Shown here one piece after another: positions 26,540 to 35,727 of a DNA stretch of 64,000 nucleotides. Made by a program: the position numbers and the translations under genes. Below the pieces are notes generated by a model that made no database searches, was not told where the DNA came from, and saw only the letters and a list, made by a program, of their open reading frames with translations. The stretch is from an uncultured beta proteobacterium (GTDB lineage Bacteria; Pseudomonadota; Gammaproteobacteria; Burkholderiales; Burkholderiaceae_C): NCBI GenBank assembly GCA_963784295.1, contig CAWAQL010000016.1, positions 2,715-66,714 of the forward strand, written 5' to 3'. How positions within the stretch are numbered: the stretch's first letter is position 1; every line of letters starts with the position of its first letter.

Positions 26540-29122
26540 ATGAGTCCACTGCGCGCATCGGTCCGCCCGCCACATCCGCGCGGCCGCTGGTTCGCATTCG
26601 GCTTGTGGCTGGTGTTCGTGCTGGCTTGCACCATAGTGATCGCGCGCACCGAGTTCCGCGCGGATTTCTCCGCGTTCCTGCCCAGTCACCCGACGCCAGC
26701 GCAGCAGGTGCTGGTCGAACAGCTCAAAAGCGGCGCCGGCGCCGGTCTGCTGCTGGTGGGCATCGAGTCGGCTGCCAAAGGCACGCCGGCGGCCGCCGAA
26801 GTCGCCCGGCTCGCTCATTTAAGTGCGCAATTTGCGGCGCGGCTGCGGCAAAACGCCGCCATCCAGTCGGTGCAAAACGGCGAACCGCTGCGTGACGATG
26901 GCGGCGCGGCGACCGACCTGCTGTTCGTCAATCGATATCTGCTCTCACCCGCCGTCGACGCGCAGCATTTCGGCGTTGCCGGGCTGCACGAAGCGCTGCA
27001 GGCGAGCATCGATGCGATCGCATCGGGCAGCGGTCTGATGGTCAAGCAAATGCTCGCGCGCGACCCAACCGGAGAGATGCTGCAGTTGGTCGACCGGCTG
27101 CTGCCCACCGGCGGCGGCCCCGCCGTGCGCAACGGCCGCTGGTTCGATGCGAGCGGGCGCACCGCGTTGCTGCTGCTGCAGTTGCGCGCCGGCGGCGACG
27201 ACATCGACGCACAGCAGCGCGCGATGGGGCAGGTGCGCAGCGCGTTCACGACCACCCTGGACGAGGACGGTACCACGCCCGCTGCGTCCGCCGGTGGTGC
27301 CGCGCAGGCGGCGCCGACGCTGTTGATCAGCGGCCCCGGCACGTTCGCAGTCGCCTCGCGCGACGCGATCAAGGGCGCGGTGGAGCGGTTGTCGATCGTG
27401 GGCTCGGTGCTGATCCTGTCGCTGCTCTACACGATCTATCGGTCGTTGGCCGCCCTGCTGCTGGGCGTGCTGCCGGTGTTGACCGCGGTGCTTGCCGGCA
27501 TCGCGGCGGTCTCGCTCGGGTTCGGCACCGTGCACGGCATCACGCTGGGGTTCGGTGCGACGCTGGTCGGCGAGGCGGTGGATTACGCGATCTATCTGTT
27601 CGTGCAACGTGGCGGCGGCGGTTCCAACGCGGCCGATGCGGCGATGACGGCCGATGGCTATGCGCGCCACTTCTGGCCGACGATTCGGCTTGGCGTGCTG
27701 ACGTCCGTCTGCGGCTTCGGTGCGCTGCTGCTGTCGGGCTTCCCGGGCTTGTCGCAGCTCGGCTTGTTCTCGATCGCGGGCATCCTGAGCGCGGCGGTCG
27801 TCACGCGCTGGGTGCTGCCCGGCCTGCTGCCGGTCCGTTTTTCGGTGCGCAACACGGCGACGCTGGGTGCGGCGCTCGCCCGCGGAATCGTCCAGGCGCG
27901 CCGGCTGCGCGTCGCGGCGCTGCTGCTCGCCGGGGCGGCCTTGGTGGTCGTGCTCCTGGGTCAGCGCCAGCTGTTCAACGCCGAGCTGCTGTCGCTAAGT
28001 CCGGTGCCGCTCGCTGCGCAACGGCTCGACGGGCGGCTGCGCGGCGAAATGGGTGCGCCCGACGTGCGCCACCTGATTGTGTTGCGCGGCGACAGTGCAG
28101 AGGACGCGCTGCAACGCTGCGAGGAAGTGGCCCCGACGCTCGACCGCGCGGTGGCTGAGGGCGTGCTTGCCGGATGGCGGGCGCCGTGCACGTACCTGCC
28201 GAGCGTGCGCACGCAGCTGGCCCGCCAAGCCGCCCTGCCAGCCGATGCCGAACTGCGCGCGCGGCTGTCGCAGGCGCTTGCCGGGCTGCCGCTCAGGGCG
28301 ACCACGATCGAGCCGTTTTTCGCCGATGTCTCAGCCGCGCGTACAGCTGCGCCGCTGACCCTGGCCGATGTGCAGCGCGCGCCGTTTGCCGCCGCGTTGG
28401 AGGCCATGTTGAACGAAATCGACGCCGACGACGGCCGTCCCGCGCACTGGAACGCGTTGGTGCAGCTGCAGCCGCCGCACCCGCGGCTCAACGCAGCCGC
28501 TGGTCGGCAATCGGCAGGCAACGATCGTGAAAATATCGACCGCAGAGATGTCGCCCGCGAAGGCATCGACGCCAATGTCCTGCGCCTGCGCCTCGCACCG
28601 CTGCTGAACGCCGATACGGTGCTGCTCGACTTGAAGACCGCCTCCGATGATCTCTATCAGGACTACCTGCGCCAGGCGCTGCGGCTGTCGGCCGTGGGGA
28701 TGGTTGCGATCGCACTGGTGCTGGCGGCCAGCCTGCGCTCGGCCCGACGGGTAGCGGCCGTGTTCCTGCCGCTGCTGGCCTCGGTCGCGCTGGTGACGGC
28801 CGGGCTGCATCTGCTCGGCGTGCCCCTCACACTGCTGCATCTGGTCGGGTTGCTGCTGACGGTGGCAGTGGGCTCCAATTACGCGTTGTTTTTCGAAGCC
28901 CAGAGCCGCCCCGGACCGCAAGACCCGCGCATCCACGCCTCGCTGCTGTTCGCGGTGCTGACCACCGTGGCCGGCTTCGGGGTGCTGGCGTTCGCATCCG
29001 TGCCGGTGCTGGCGGCGATCGGCATGACGGTCGGGCCCGGTGCGGTGTGCGCCTGGTGTTTGTCGGCTATTCTGAGCCGGGCGCCCGACGCCGCGACGCC
29101 CACCACCCCGCCGCCGCGATGA
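26540..29122 (+). CDS. MMPL/RND-superfamily exporter (COG4258-like)
   Basis: Intact at 860 aa. Two hydrophobic bundles (around aa 270-440 and 700-850) are separated by large soluble domains, which is typical MMPL architecture. Confidence 0.8.
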   Translation: MSPLRASVRPPHPRGRWFAFGLWLVFVLACTIVIARTEFRADFSAFLPSHPTPAQQVLVEQLKSGAGAGLLLVGIESAAKGTPAAAEVARLAHLSAQFAARLRQNAAIQSVQNGEPLRDDGGAATDLLFVNRYLLSPAVDAQHFGVAGLHEALQASIDAIASGSGLMVKQMLARDPTGEMLQLVDRLLPTGGGPAVRNGRWFDASGRTALLLLQLRAGGDDIDAQQRAMGQVRSAFTTTLDEDGTTPAASAGGAAQAAPTLLISGPGTFAVASRDAIKGAVERLSIVGSVLILSLLYTIYRSLAALLLGVLPVLTAVLAGIAAVSLGFGTVHGITLGFGATLVGEAVDYAIYLFVQRGGGGSNAADAAMTADGYARHFWPTIRLGVLTSVCGFGALLLSGFPGLSQLGLFSIAGILSAAVVTRWVLPGLLPVRFSVRNTATLGAALARGIVQARRLRVAALLLAGAALVVVLLGQRQLFNAELLSLSPVPLAAQRLDGRLRGEMGAPDVRHLIVLRGDSAEDALQRCEEVAPTLDRAVAEGVLAGWRAPCTYLPSVRTQLARQAALPADAELRARLSQALAGLPLRATTIEPFFADVSAARTAAPLTLADVQRAPFAAALEAMLNEIDADDGRPAHWNALVQLQPPHPRLNAAAGRQSAGNDRENIDRRDVAREGIDANVLRLRLAPLLNADTVLLDLKTASDDLYQDYLRQALRLSAVGMVAIALVLAASLRSARRVAAVFLPLLASVALVTAGLHLLGVPLTLLHLVGLLLTVAVGSNYALFFEAQSRPGPQDPRIHASLLFAVLTTVAGFGVLAFASVPVLAAIGMTVGPGAVCAWCLSAILSRAPDAATPTTPPPR

Positions 29123-29128
29123 GTTCCG

Positions 29129-29935
29129 ATGAATCTTTTTTCGAGCCACCCGCTGTTGGCCGCTTTGACGCGGCGTCTGGCCATGGCCCTGCTGCTGGCG
29201 CTGGGCGCTGCATCGCTCAGCGGCTGTCTGCCACGGCGCGCGATCACCACTCCGATGGAACGAATCGCTGACCCCGTCCGAGCGGACCAGCGCAGCGACA
29301 CGTTGCTCGTGCTGCTGCCGGGCGCATTCGACGTGCCGAACGACTTCGTGCGCGAAGGCTTCGTCGACGCGGTGCGCGCCCGTCGCATCGACGCCGACGT
29401 GCTGATGATGGACGCACACACCGAGTACTACATGCAGCGCATCGTGCTGGACCGGCTGCTCGACGAGGTGGTGCGACCGGCCCGCGGGCAAGGCTACCGC
29501 ACGATCTGGTTTGCAGGCATTTCGCTCGGCGGCTATGGCTCGTTGTTGTTTGCCAAGGAGCACGGCGAACTGATCGATGGCGTGTTCGTGATGGCGGCCT
29601 TTCTGGGACGGCGCGACATTCCGGCGGCGGTTGCCGCAGCCGGCGGCTTGGGCAATTGGCAGCCCAGCGCCACCACCCCGGACGACCCGGACCGCTACCT
29701 GTGGCAGTGGCTCACCGGCTATGCGCAAACCCCGACCGGTGCCTTCGGCCGCCCGCCGCTCTACGTCGGCTACGGCCGCAGCGACCGATTCGCCGGCAGC
29801 AACGAACTGCTGGCGCGCGAGCTGCCCGAATCGCGTGTTTTCACCACCGAAGGAGGGCACGACTGGGGGCCCTGGCGGCGGCTGTGGGACGCATTCCTGG
29901 ACCGTGCGCCCCTGCCCCGGTTGAATCCTTCGTGA
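29129..29935 (+). CDS. alpha/beta-hydrolase lipoprotein (esterase/lipase-like)
   Basis: Lipobox LSGC after a signal peptide, and the nucleophile elbow GISLGGYG. The start lies 6 nt after the MMPL stop. Confidence 0.7.
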   Translation: MNLFSSHPLLAALTRRLAMALLLALGAASLSGCLPRRAITTPMERIADPVRADQRSDTLLVLLPGAFDVPNDFVREGFVDAVRARRIDADVLMMDAHTEYYMQRIVLDRLLDEVVRPARGQGYRTIWFAGISLGGYGSLLFAKEHGELIDGVFVMAAFLGRRDIPAAVAAAGGLGNWQPSATTPDDPDRYLWQWLTGYAQTPTGAFGRPPLYVGYGRSDRFAGSNELLARELPESRVFTTEGGHDWGPWRRLWDAFLDRAPLPRLNPS

Positions 29936-30786
29936 CCGAAGTCGCCGCGTCGGGCCCGCGGCGAATGAGCGCGCTGCTGCGCGGCTCGATCGGCTTGCAT
30001 CTGGGCGCGGTGGCCGTCACCGCATGGGCGCCGACGCTCTGGCCCTGGACGCTCGGGGCGATCGGCGCCGACCATGCGCTGTTGACGGCCAGCGGACTGT
30101 GGCCGCGCAGCACCTGGCTGGGGCCCAATCTGCTGCGCCTGCCGCCGTCGGCCTGCGCCCGCATCGCGATCACGATCGACGACGGGCCGGACCCGGCCGT
30201 CACGCCGGCGGTGCTCGACCTGCTCGCGCAGCGCAGGGTGCAAGCCAGTTTTTTTTGCATTGGAGAACGGGTGCGCGCGCATCCGGCGCTGGCGCGCGAG
30301 ATCGTGCGCCATGGCCATCACATCGAAAACCACAGCCATCGGCATGCGCACCACTTCTCGTTGTCGGGCCCACGCGCGCTGCTGCGCGAACTGGGCGATG
30401 CGCAAGCCGCCATCGCGGACGTCACCGGCCGCCCACCGGTGCTGTTTCGTGCGCCTGCCGGTTTGCGCAATCCGCTGCTGGAGCCGGTGCTGGCCCGCCT
30501 CGGACTGCACCTGACCAGCTGGACGCGGCGCGGCTTCGACACGCGTGTGCCGGACCCGGACCGCATACTGGCTCGGCTGACGGCCGGCCTGGGTGCAGGC
30601 GACATCCTGCTGCTGCACGACGGGCACTGTGCCCGCACGCAGACCGGCCTGCCGGTGTTGCTGGATGTGTTGCCCCGCCTGCTGGACCGCGCGGAAACGC
30701 TCGGATTGCGCTGCGTTCGCGTCGCCGATGCGCTGGACGACGCGCCTGGGGCTTCACGGGCTGGCGCTTCCTTTCACTCCGGATGA
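29932..30786 (+). CDS. polysaccharide deacetylase (NodB homology domain)
   Basis: ITIDDGPDP (the TFDDG-type motif), SFFCIG and IENHSHRH (the His-His metal motif). GTGA overlap with the upstream stop. Confidence 0.85.
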   Translation: MTEVAASGPRRMSALLRGSIGLHLGAVAVTAWAPTLWPWTLGAIGADHALLTASGLWPRSTWLGPNLLRLPPSACARIAITIDDGPDPAVTPAVLDLLAQRRVQASFFCIGERVRAHPALAREIVRHGHHIENHSHRHAHHFSLSGPRALLRELGDAQAAIADVTGRPPVLFRAPAGLRNPLLEPVLARLGLHLTSWTRRGFDTRVPDPDRILARLTAGLGAGDILLLHDGHCARTQTGLPVLLDVLPRLLDRAETLGLRCVRVADALDDAPGASRAGASFHSG

Positions 30787-31553
30787 CCGACAGGCTGCGG
30801 CTGCCGGCCGCGTTGCTCGCGCGCGCGGCGGCGCCCTACCGCAGCGCCGGACTGCACCCATGGTTGTTCGCCTGCGGCAAGTTGCGTGGCGATCCGGTGT
30901 TTGCGGCGTTGCTGCGGCTGGGGCTGATTCCGTCGCACAGCCGCCTGCTCGACTTGGGCTGCGGTCAAGGGTTGCTGGCGGCGTTGCTGTACGCAGCGGC
31001 GGACGCCGACACGGTCGCTTGGCCTCACGGGTGGTCCGACGCCCCGCGGGCGATAGCGCTGCAAGGGATCGACCACGCTGCGCGCGATGTGCGCTGGGCA
31101 CGTCACATGGCGGCATCGAGTCGAGATCGCCGCGCGTCGATGGACTTTGTGCAGGCCGACATCCGGCGCGTGGCGTTCGCCGAGCAGGACGTCGTCGTGT
31201 TGCTCGATGTGCTCCACTACTTGGCGCCGAACGCGCAAGAAGCGTTGCTTGCGCGCGTGCGCGATTGCCTGGTACCGGGCGGCAGGCTGCTGGTGCGCGT
31301 GGCGGATGCGCGGGCGGGTTTTGGCTTCGCGGCCGGCCTGCTCGTTGACCGGCTGGTGCTGGCGATGCGGGGGGCGCTGCGACCTCGGTTGCATGGCCGG
31401 CCGCTGGCCGAATGGCAGCTGCTGCTGCAGTCGCTTGGGTTTTCGCTGCACACGCATCCGATGCACGCTGGCACACCCTTTGCAAACCTGTTGTTGGTCG
31501 GGCAACTCGATCGATCCACCGAACCGTCCGAGAGGCTAGCCACATCTTCATGA
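30783..31553 (+). CDS. class I SAM-dependent methyltransferase
   Basis: Motif I LLDLGCGQGLL, plus DVVVLLDVLHYL and PGGRLLV. ATGA overlap with the deacetylase stop. Confidence 0.8.
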   Translation: MTDRLRLPAALLARAAAPYRSAGLHPWLFACGKLRGDPVFAALLRLGLIPSHSRLLDLGCGQGLLAALLYAAADADTVAWPHGWSDAPRAIALQGIDHAARDVRWARHMAASSRDRRASMDFVQADIRRVAFAEQDVVVLLDVLHYLAPNAQEALLARVRDCLVPGGRLLVRVADARAGFGFAAGLLVDRLVLAMRGALRPRLHGRPLAEWQLLLQSLGFSLHTHPMHAGTPFANLLLVGQLDRSTEPSERLATSS

Positions 31554-31933
31554 GCACCGAATTAAAATTCTCAGGCAGCAAGGCCGTAATCGTGTTTGCA
31601 CACGGTTCGCGCGATCCGCTGTGGCGGCGTCCGGTCGAGGCGGTCGCACAACGGGTGCGCGAGCTGCAGCCGGCGGCCGCCGTCGCATGCGCTTATCTGG
31701 AGATGAGCGAGCCCGACCTGATCCAGGCGGCCGATGCGTTGATTGATGCCGGCGCGCGCCGGGTCGTGGTGCTGCCGCTGTTCATCGGGGTGGGCAAGCA
31801 CGCACGCGAAGACCTGCCACGGCTGATCGAGCAGCTGGCGCATGCGTATCCGGACGTGGTCATCTCGGTGCGGCCGGCGGTGGGCGAGGATCCGGGCTTG
31901 GTCGACGCAATGGCGCGGTTGGCGATCGGCTGA
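31550..31933 (+). CDS. CbiX/SirB-like (sirohydrochlorin chelatase fold) small protein
   Basis: VIVFAHGSRDPLWRRPVE and VVLPLFIGVGKHAREDLP are typical of the single-domain CbiX fold. ATGA overlap with the methyltransferase stop. Confidence 0.7.
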   Translation: MSTELKFSGSKAVIVFAHGSRDPLWRRPVEAVAQRVRELQPAAAVACAYLEMSEPDLIQAADALIDAGARRVVVLPLFIGVGKHAREDLPRLIEQLAHAYPDVVISVRPAVGEDPGLVDAMARLAIG

Positions 31934-31954
31934 GCACGGCTCCATGGCCTTCGG

Positions 31955-32362
31955 TCAGCTGCGCGTCCAGGCCGAGACGCCGAGCCAGCCGACCAAGGTC
32001 ATCGCCACCGAGCCGATGCCGTGCGTGAGCATCGCCCCACCGGCCGCCCACGGCCTGCCGGCGTGCAGCAGGCCAGCGACTTCAGCCGAAAACGTCGAAA
32101 AAGTGGTCAGGCCGCCCAGAAATCCCGTCACGATGAAAAGCCGCCAGGCGGGTGCAATCTGTGGGTGTCGGGAGAACACAGCCAGCGCCACCCCGATCAG
32201 AAAGCCGCCGAGCAAATTGGCGACCAGCGTGCCAGGGGGTAACGCCGGCCAAAGCGCGTTGAGCCACAGGCCGAGCAGCCAACGCAGCAATGCACCGAGC
32301 GCGGCCCCGGCGCCGATCGCAAGCACAGAGCCCAACAGGCTGGAAGGAAATGGCGCGCCCAA
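31955..32362 (-). CDS. crcB: fluoride ion channel CrcB/FluC
   Basis: [29 protein letters not shown] and [13 protein letters not shown] are the canonical CrcB motifs. The start is uncertain (TTG at 32362 or an internal codon). Confidence 0.9.
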   Translation of the reverse strand: MGAPFPSSLLGSVLAIGAGAALGALLRWLLGLWLNALWPALPPGTLVANLLGGFLIGVALAVFSRHPQIAPAWRLFIVTGFLGGLTTFSTFSAEVAGLLHAGRPWAAGGAMLTHGIGSVAMTLVGWLGVSAWTRS

Positions 32363-32463
32363 GCCACGGATTATGCGGCTCGCGTGCGCCTCGGGACGGC
32401 GTGCTTAATCGCCCGACACAGGCGGCTTGCACCGCTCGAATGGGTCGTTCGACCCAAACGCGC

Positions 32464-32865
32464 TCAATAGCGCCAGCCGGCCCCCGGGCCGCGCCCGTGG
32501 CGGTGCCGCCAGTGTCCCCGCGGAGCCCAGCCGATCGGATACACCGCCTGCGGCGCGGCAAAGATCGGCGGGGGCGCGACGACCGCGCCGCCGTAGTACG
32601 GCGGTGCGACGTAGACCGGCCGGGGCTGCACGTAGATGGGGCGGGGTTGCACATACACCGGCTGCGGCTGCACGTAAATCGGCTGCGGCTGGATGTATGG
32701 CTGCGCATACACCGGCGGCGGTGCGCGATAAGTCGGCACGCCGGTGGAGATGCCGACAGACCATGAGACGTGGCCCCCCGCTTGGGCCGCCGCCGGCAAC
32801 ACCATCGCGGCCAGGGCCAGCGCGGCGCTGCCACAGCCGAGCGCGAATCGTCGGATTGAGTTCAT
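32464..32865 (-). CDS. secreted PXPV-repeat protein
   Basis: GGAGAA RBS and signal peptide ([15 protein letters not shown]). A 7-aa repeat Q-P-x-P-[IV]-Y-V follows ([28 protein letters not shown]), and the protein ends in a basic tail. Confidence 0.7.
   Translation of the reverse strand: MNSIRRFALGCGSAALALAAMVLPAAAQAGGHVSWSVGISTGVPTYRAPPPVYAQPYIQPQPIYVQPQPVYVQPRPIYVQPRPVYVAPPYYGGAVVAPPPIFAAPQAVYPIGWAPRGHWRHRHGRGPGAGWRY
32608..32720. repeat. imperfect 21-bp tandem repeat (about 5 units) inside the PXPV-repeat gene
   Basis: The plus strand reads ctgcacgtagatggggcgggg / ttgcacatacaccggctgcgg / ctgcacgtaaatcggctgcgg / ctggatgtatggctgcgc... Confidence 0.7.
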
Positions 32866-33046
32866 TGAGGTTCTCCGTTCAAAAACAATTTTCGCAGCCG
32901 TCGGTGCGTCGGACGGGTTGTCCGAAAGCCTTCGTTCTGCTTGGCTTTCCATTCAACGCGACAGCCGCCAATGCGCGCACAACATTGCGTGTGAAACCCG
33001 TCGCAAAAGGTTACCGCAGGTGCGGCAATTTAAACTCTGTGTGCTT

Positions 33047-34886
33047 ATGACCACCGCCATGCACCCGACCGGATCGATCGTCGCTCGGCCCTCCGAGCCC
33101 GCCGACGCCGCCATCAGCCCCTCGAACAATTTTCTGCGACATGTGATTGAACAGGATCTGGCCAGTGGCCGCTACGCGGGGCGGCGGTTTGCGGGTCACC
33201 CGGCCGATGCGGCGGGGCACCGCGAAGGTCCGCTGGACGCCGCGCGCATCCGGACGCGCTTTCCACCGGAGCCGAACGGTTTTCTGCACATCGGCCACGC
33301 CAAAAGCATCTGCGTGAACTTCGGCCTGGCGCGCGACTACGGCGGCGTTTGCCACTTGCGGCTCGACGACACGAACCCGGAGAAGGAAGACGCCGCGTAC
33401 GTCGCAAGCATCGTCGATTCGGTGCACTGGCTCGGCTTCGACTGGACCGAAGGCGGCGTGAGCCACCTCTATCAGGCAAGCGACTATTTTGATTTCATGC
33501 ACCGCGCGGCTGTGTATCTGATCGAAGCCGGGCTCGCTTACGTGGACGAGCAAAGCGCAGTCGAGATGCGCGCCAACCGCGGCGACTTCAACACGCCGGG
33601 GACGGACAGTGTGTTTCGCCAACGCACGGTCGGCCGACAACCTCGCCCGCTTCGCCGAGATGAGAAGCGGCCAGCTGCCCGACGGCGCCGCGGTGCTGCG
33701 CGCGAAGATCGACATGGCCTCGCCCAACATCAACCTGCGCGATCCGGCGATCTACCGCATCCGGCATGCGACGCACCACAACACCGGTGACCGTTGGTGC
33801 ATCTATCCGATGTATGCGTTCGCGCACCCGATCGAGGATGCGCTCGAAAACATCACGCACAGCATTTGCACGCTTGAGTTCGAGGATCAGCGACCGTTCT
33901 ACGACTGGCTGCTGGCGCGACTCATCGAAGGCGGCTTGCTGGACGCCCCGGCACCGCGGCAGTATGAATTCGCGCGTCTGAACCTGACTTATGTGGTGAC
34001 GAGCAAGCGCAAGCTCAGAACGCTGGTCGAGCAAGGGTACGTCTCGGGCTGGGACGACCCGCGGCTGCCGACCATCGCGGGCATGCGCCGGCGCGGCTAC
34101 ACGCCCGAAGCGGTGCGCCTGTTCGCCGACCGCAGCGGCGTCAGCAAGGCCGGCGGCTGGATCGACTATTCAAGCCTTGAGATTGCTCTGCGCGACAGCC
34201 TGGACCCGATTGCGCCGCGCGTGATGGCGGTGATCGATCCGGTCCGGCTCACGATCACCAATTGGGATGAACTGATGGGCGCGGGCACGCTCGACGATTG
34301 CAGCGCGCCAGTGCATCCGCACCGTCCGGAAATGGGCAGGCGCAACTTCAGATTCGGCCGTGAGCTGTGGATCGAGCGCAGTGACTATGAAGAAGCACCG
34401 GCAAAAGGTTTTTTTCGGATGTATCCCGGCAACCGGGTACGCTTGAAGTACGGTCATGTCGTGCGTTGCACCGGTGCCGAGCGCGATGCCGACGGCCGCG
34501 TGGTCAAAGTGCTGGCCGAACTGGTCGAAAACACCAAAAGCGGTACGCCGGGCGCCGATGCGGTCAAGGTCAAGGGCGTCATCACCTGGGTCGGCGCGAC
34601 CGATGCGATCGGCACGGAAGTGCGACTGTACGACCGGTTGTTCACGCTCGCACAACCAGATGCCGGCGGGCAGGATTTTCTGGCGGCCTTGAATCCGGAA
34701 AGTCTCAGGGTCGTGCGTGGCTGGATCGAGCCTTCAGTGGGTACGAGTGGCGCGATTGCCGCACACCCCGACGCCAGATATCAGTTCGAGCGCCACGGCT
34801 ACTTCGTTGCGGACCGGGTCGATCATTCGGCTGCGGCGCCGGTGTTCAACAGGATCGCCGATCTAAAAGACAGCTGGGGGAAATGA
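33047..34886 (+). CDS. glnS: glutamine--tRNA ligase, carrying a +1 frameshift near 33631
   Basis: The class I motifs are present: [16 protein letters not shown] (HIGH) and VVTSKRKL (KMSKS-like). The N-terminal part is in the frame of ORF 32744..33790 up to FRQRTV. The rest ([14 protein letters not shown]...[16 protein letters not shown]) is in ORF 33609..34886. Removing one g from gtcggccgac restores RTVADNLARF. Confidence 0.9.
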
Positions 34887-35003
34887 CTGGATCACCGCCG
34901 GCACCACGCGACTGCATCGGCGCCTTCAAGCATGTCCGAGCCCGCAGCCACGCCGGCCTGAAACACACACACACACTAAGAGTCCGGAAGTCACAACTGA
35001 AAT

Positions 35004-35020
35004 GGGCGCCCAAGGCGCCC
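35004..35020. terminator. putative bidirectional hairpin between convergent glnS and the Tat-signal protein gene
   Basis: GGGCGCC-CAA-GGCGCCC forms a perfect 7-bp GC stem. Modestly T-containing tails follow on both strands. Confidence 0.4.
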
Positions 35021-35052
35021 GCGTTATTGCTGCTGTGCAATCCTGCCCGGTG

Positions 35053-35676
35053 TCAAGCGGCCAGTTGGTTAAAGTAAGTGTCGATCTGGGCGCTTGTATA
35101 AGTCTTATCGCCAATCGACGTTTTCACCGTGTAGCTGCCATTGTTGTAGCGCGCTTGAGCCAGTCCGATGATTTGCGCTGTCGTCAGGGGCACCAGATCG
35201 TTCGGCGGAGGATAAACCAGCGCGTTTTTGTACAACACGACAGCCTGCTTCAATGGAACCAAATTGGGTACCGGATTGTTGCCACTGAACGTCGCGTTCG
35301 TCAGCTTCAGCACCTGAAGCAGGGTTGCCTCGGGCAATGGGTTGTTATTGCTGTCGATAGCGCTTGTCGTCAGCGTGTTGTTGGTACGGACGTAAATTTT
35401 GATACCGAAGACGGAGCTGAATGTCGTTCTGTCGTTCTGCAGCGCTGACTGAACCCGGGCGTTGTTCAATGGCAGCGTGCACGACTGGTTTGCCGTTTGC
35501 TGATTAGGGCCGAACGCCGACTGATTGTTGGAGAGTTGGCCGGAAACGAAGCAGTGATAAGGCAGCGCGGCGAATGCGTTCTTGCTGGTGAGACTGGCAA
35601 GCACCACGGGCACGGCCAGTCCACCCTTAGCCAAACGGCGCCGGCTTGGGTTGGTAAGGGTAGTTTGATCGTTCAT
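35053..35676 (-). CDS. Tat-signal secreted hypothetical protein, Asn/Thr/Gln-rich, in a low-GC gene
   Basis: Twin-arginine motif SRRRLAKGG, then an h-region and AFA cleavage site. Hand-counted 60-nt blocks give about 47-58% GC against roughly 65% in the flanks. No family was recognised. Confidence 0.65.
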   Translation of the reverse strand: MNDQTTLTNPSRRRLAKGGLAVPVVLASLTSKNAFAALPYHCFVSGQLSNNQSAFGPNQQTANQSCTLPLNNARVQSALQNDRTTFSSVFGIKIYVRTNNTLTTSAIDSNNNPLPEATLLQVLKLTNATFSGNNPVPNLVPLKQAVVLYKNALVYPPPNDLVPLTTAQIIGLAQARYNNGSYTVKTSIGDKTYTSAQIDTYFNQLAA

Positions 35677-35710
35677 ATTTGGATTACCGGTCAGTGCTTA
35701 GCGATTACGC

Positions 35711-35727
35711 ATGCACTATTTGTGCCA
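35711..35727 (-). promoter_or_regulatory. candidate sigma-54 (-24/-12) promoter upstream of the Tat-signal protein gene
   Basis: The minus strand reads TGGCAC-AAATA-GTGCAT, against the consensus TGGCAC-N5-TTGCW. It lies about 35 nt upstream of the ATG at 35676. Confidence 0.5.

Noticed and set aside
32363-32470. Possible fluoride (crcB-motif) riboswitch upstream of crcB.
   Set aside because: I reverse-complemented the leader and found none of the conserved elements I recall (GATGG...AACCGCC...CTGATGATGCC). This was only checked by eye, and a covariance-model scan (RF01734) would be definitive.
34963-34976. (AC)7 dinucleotide microsatellite downstream of glnS.
   Set aside because: It is short, intergenic and present in a single copy. 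There is no evidence that it affects either flanking gene.
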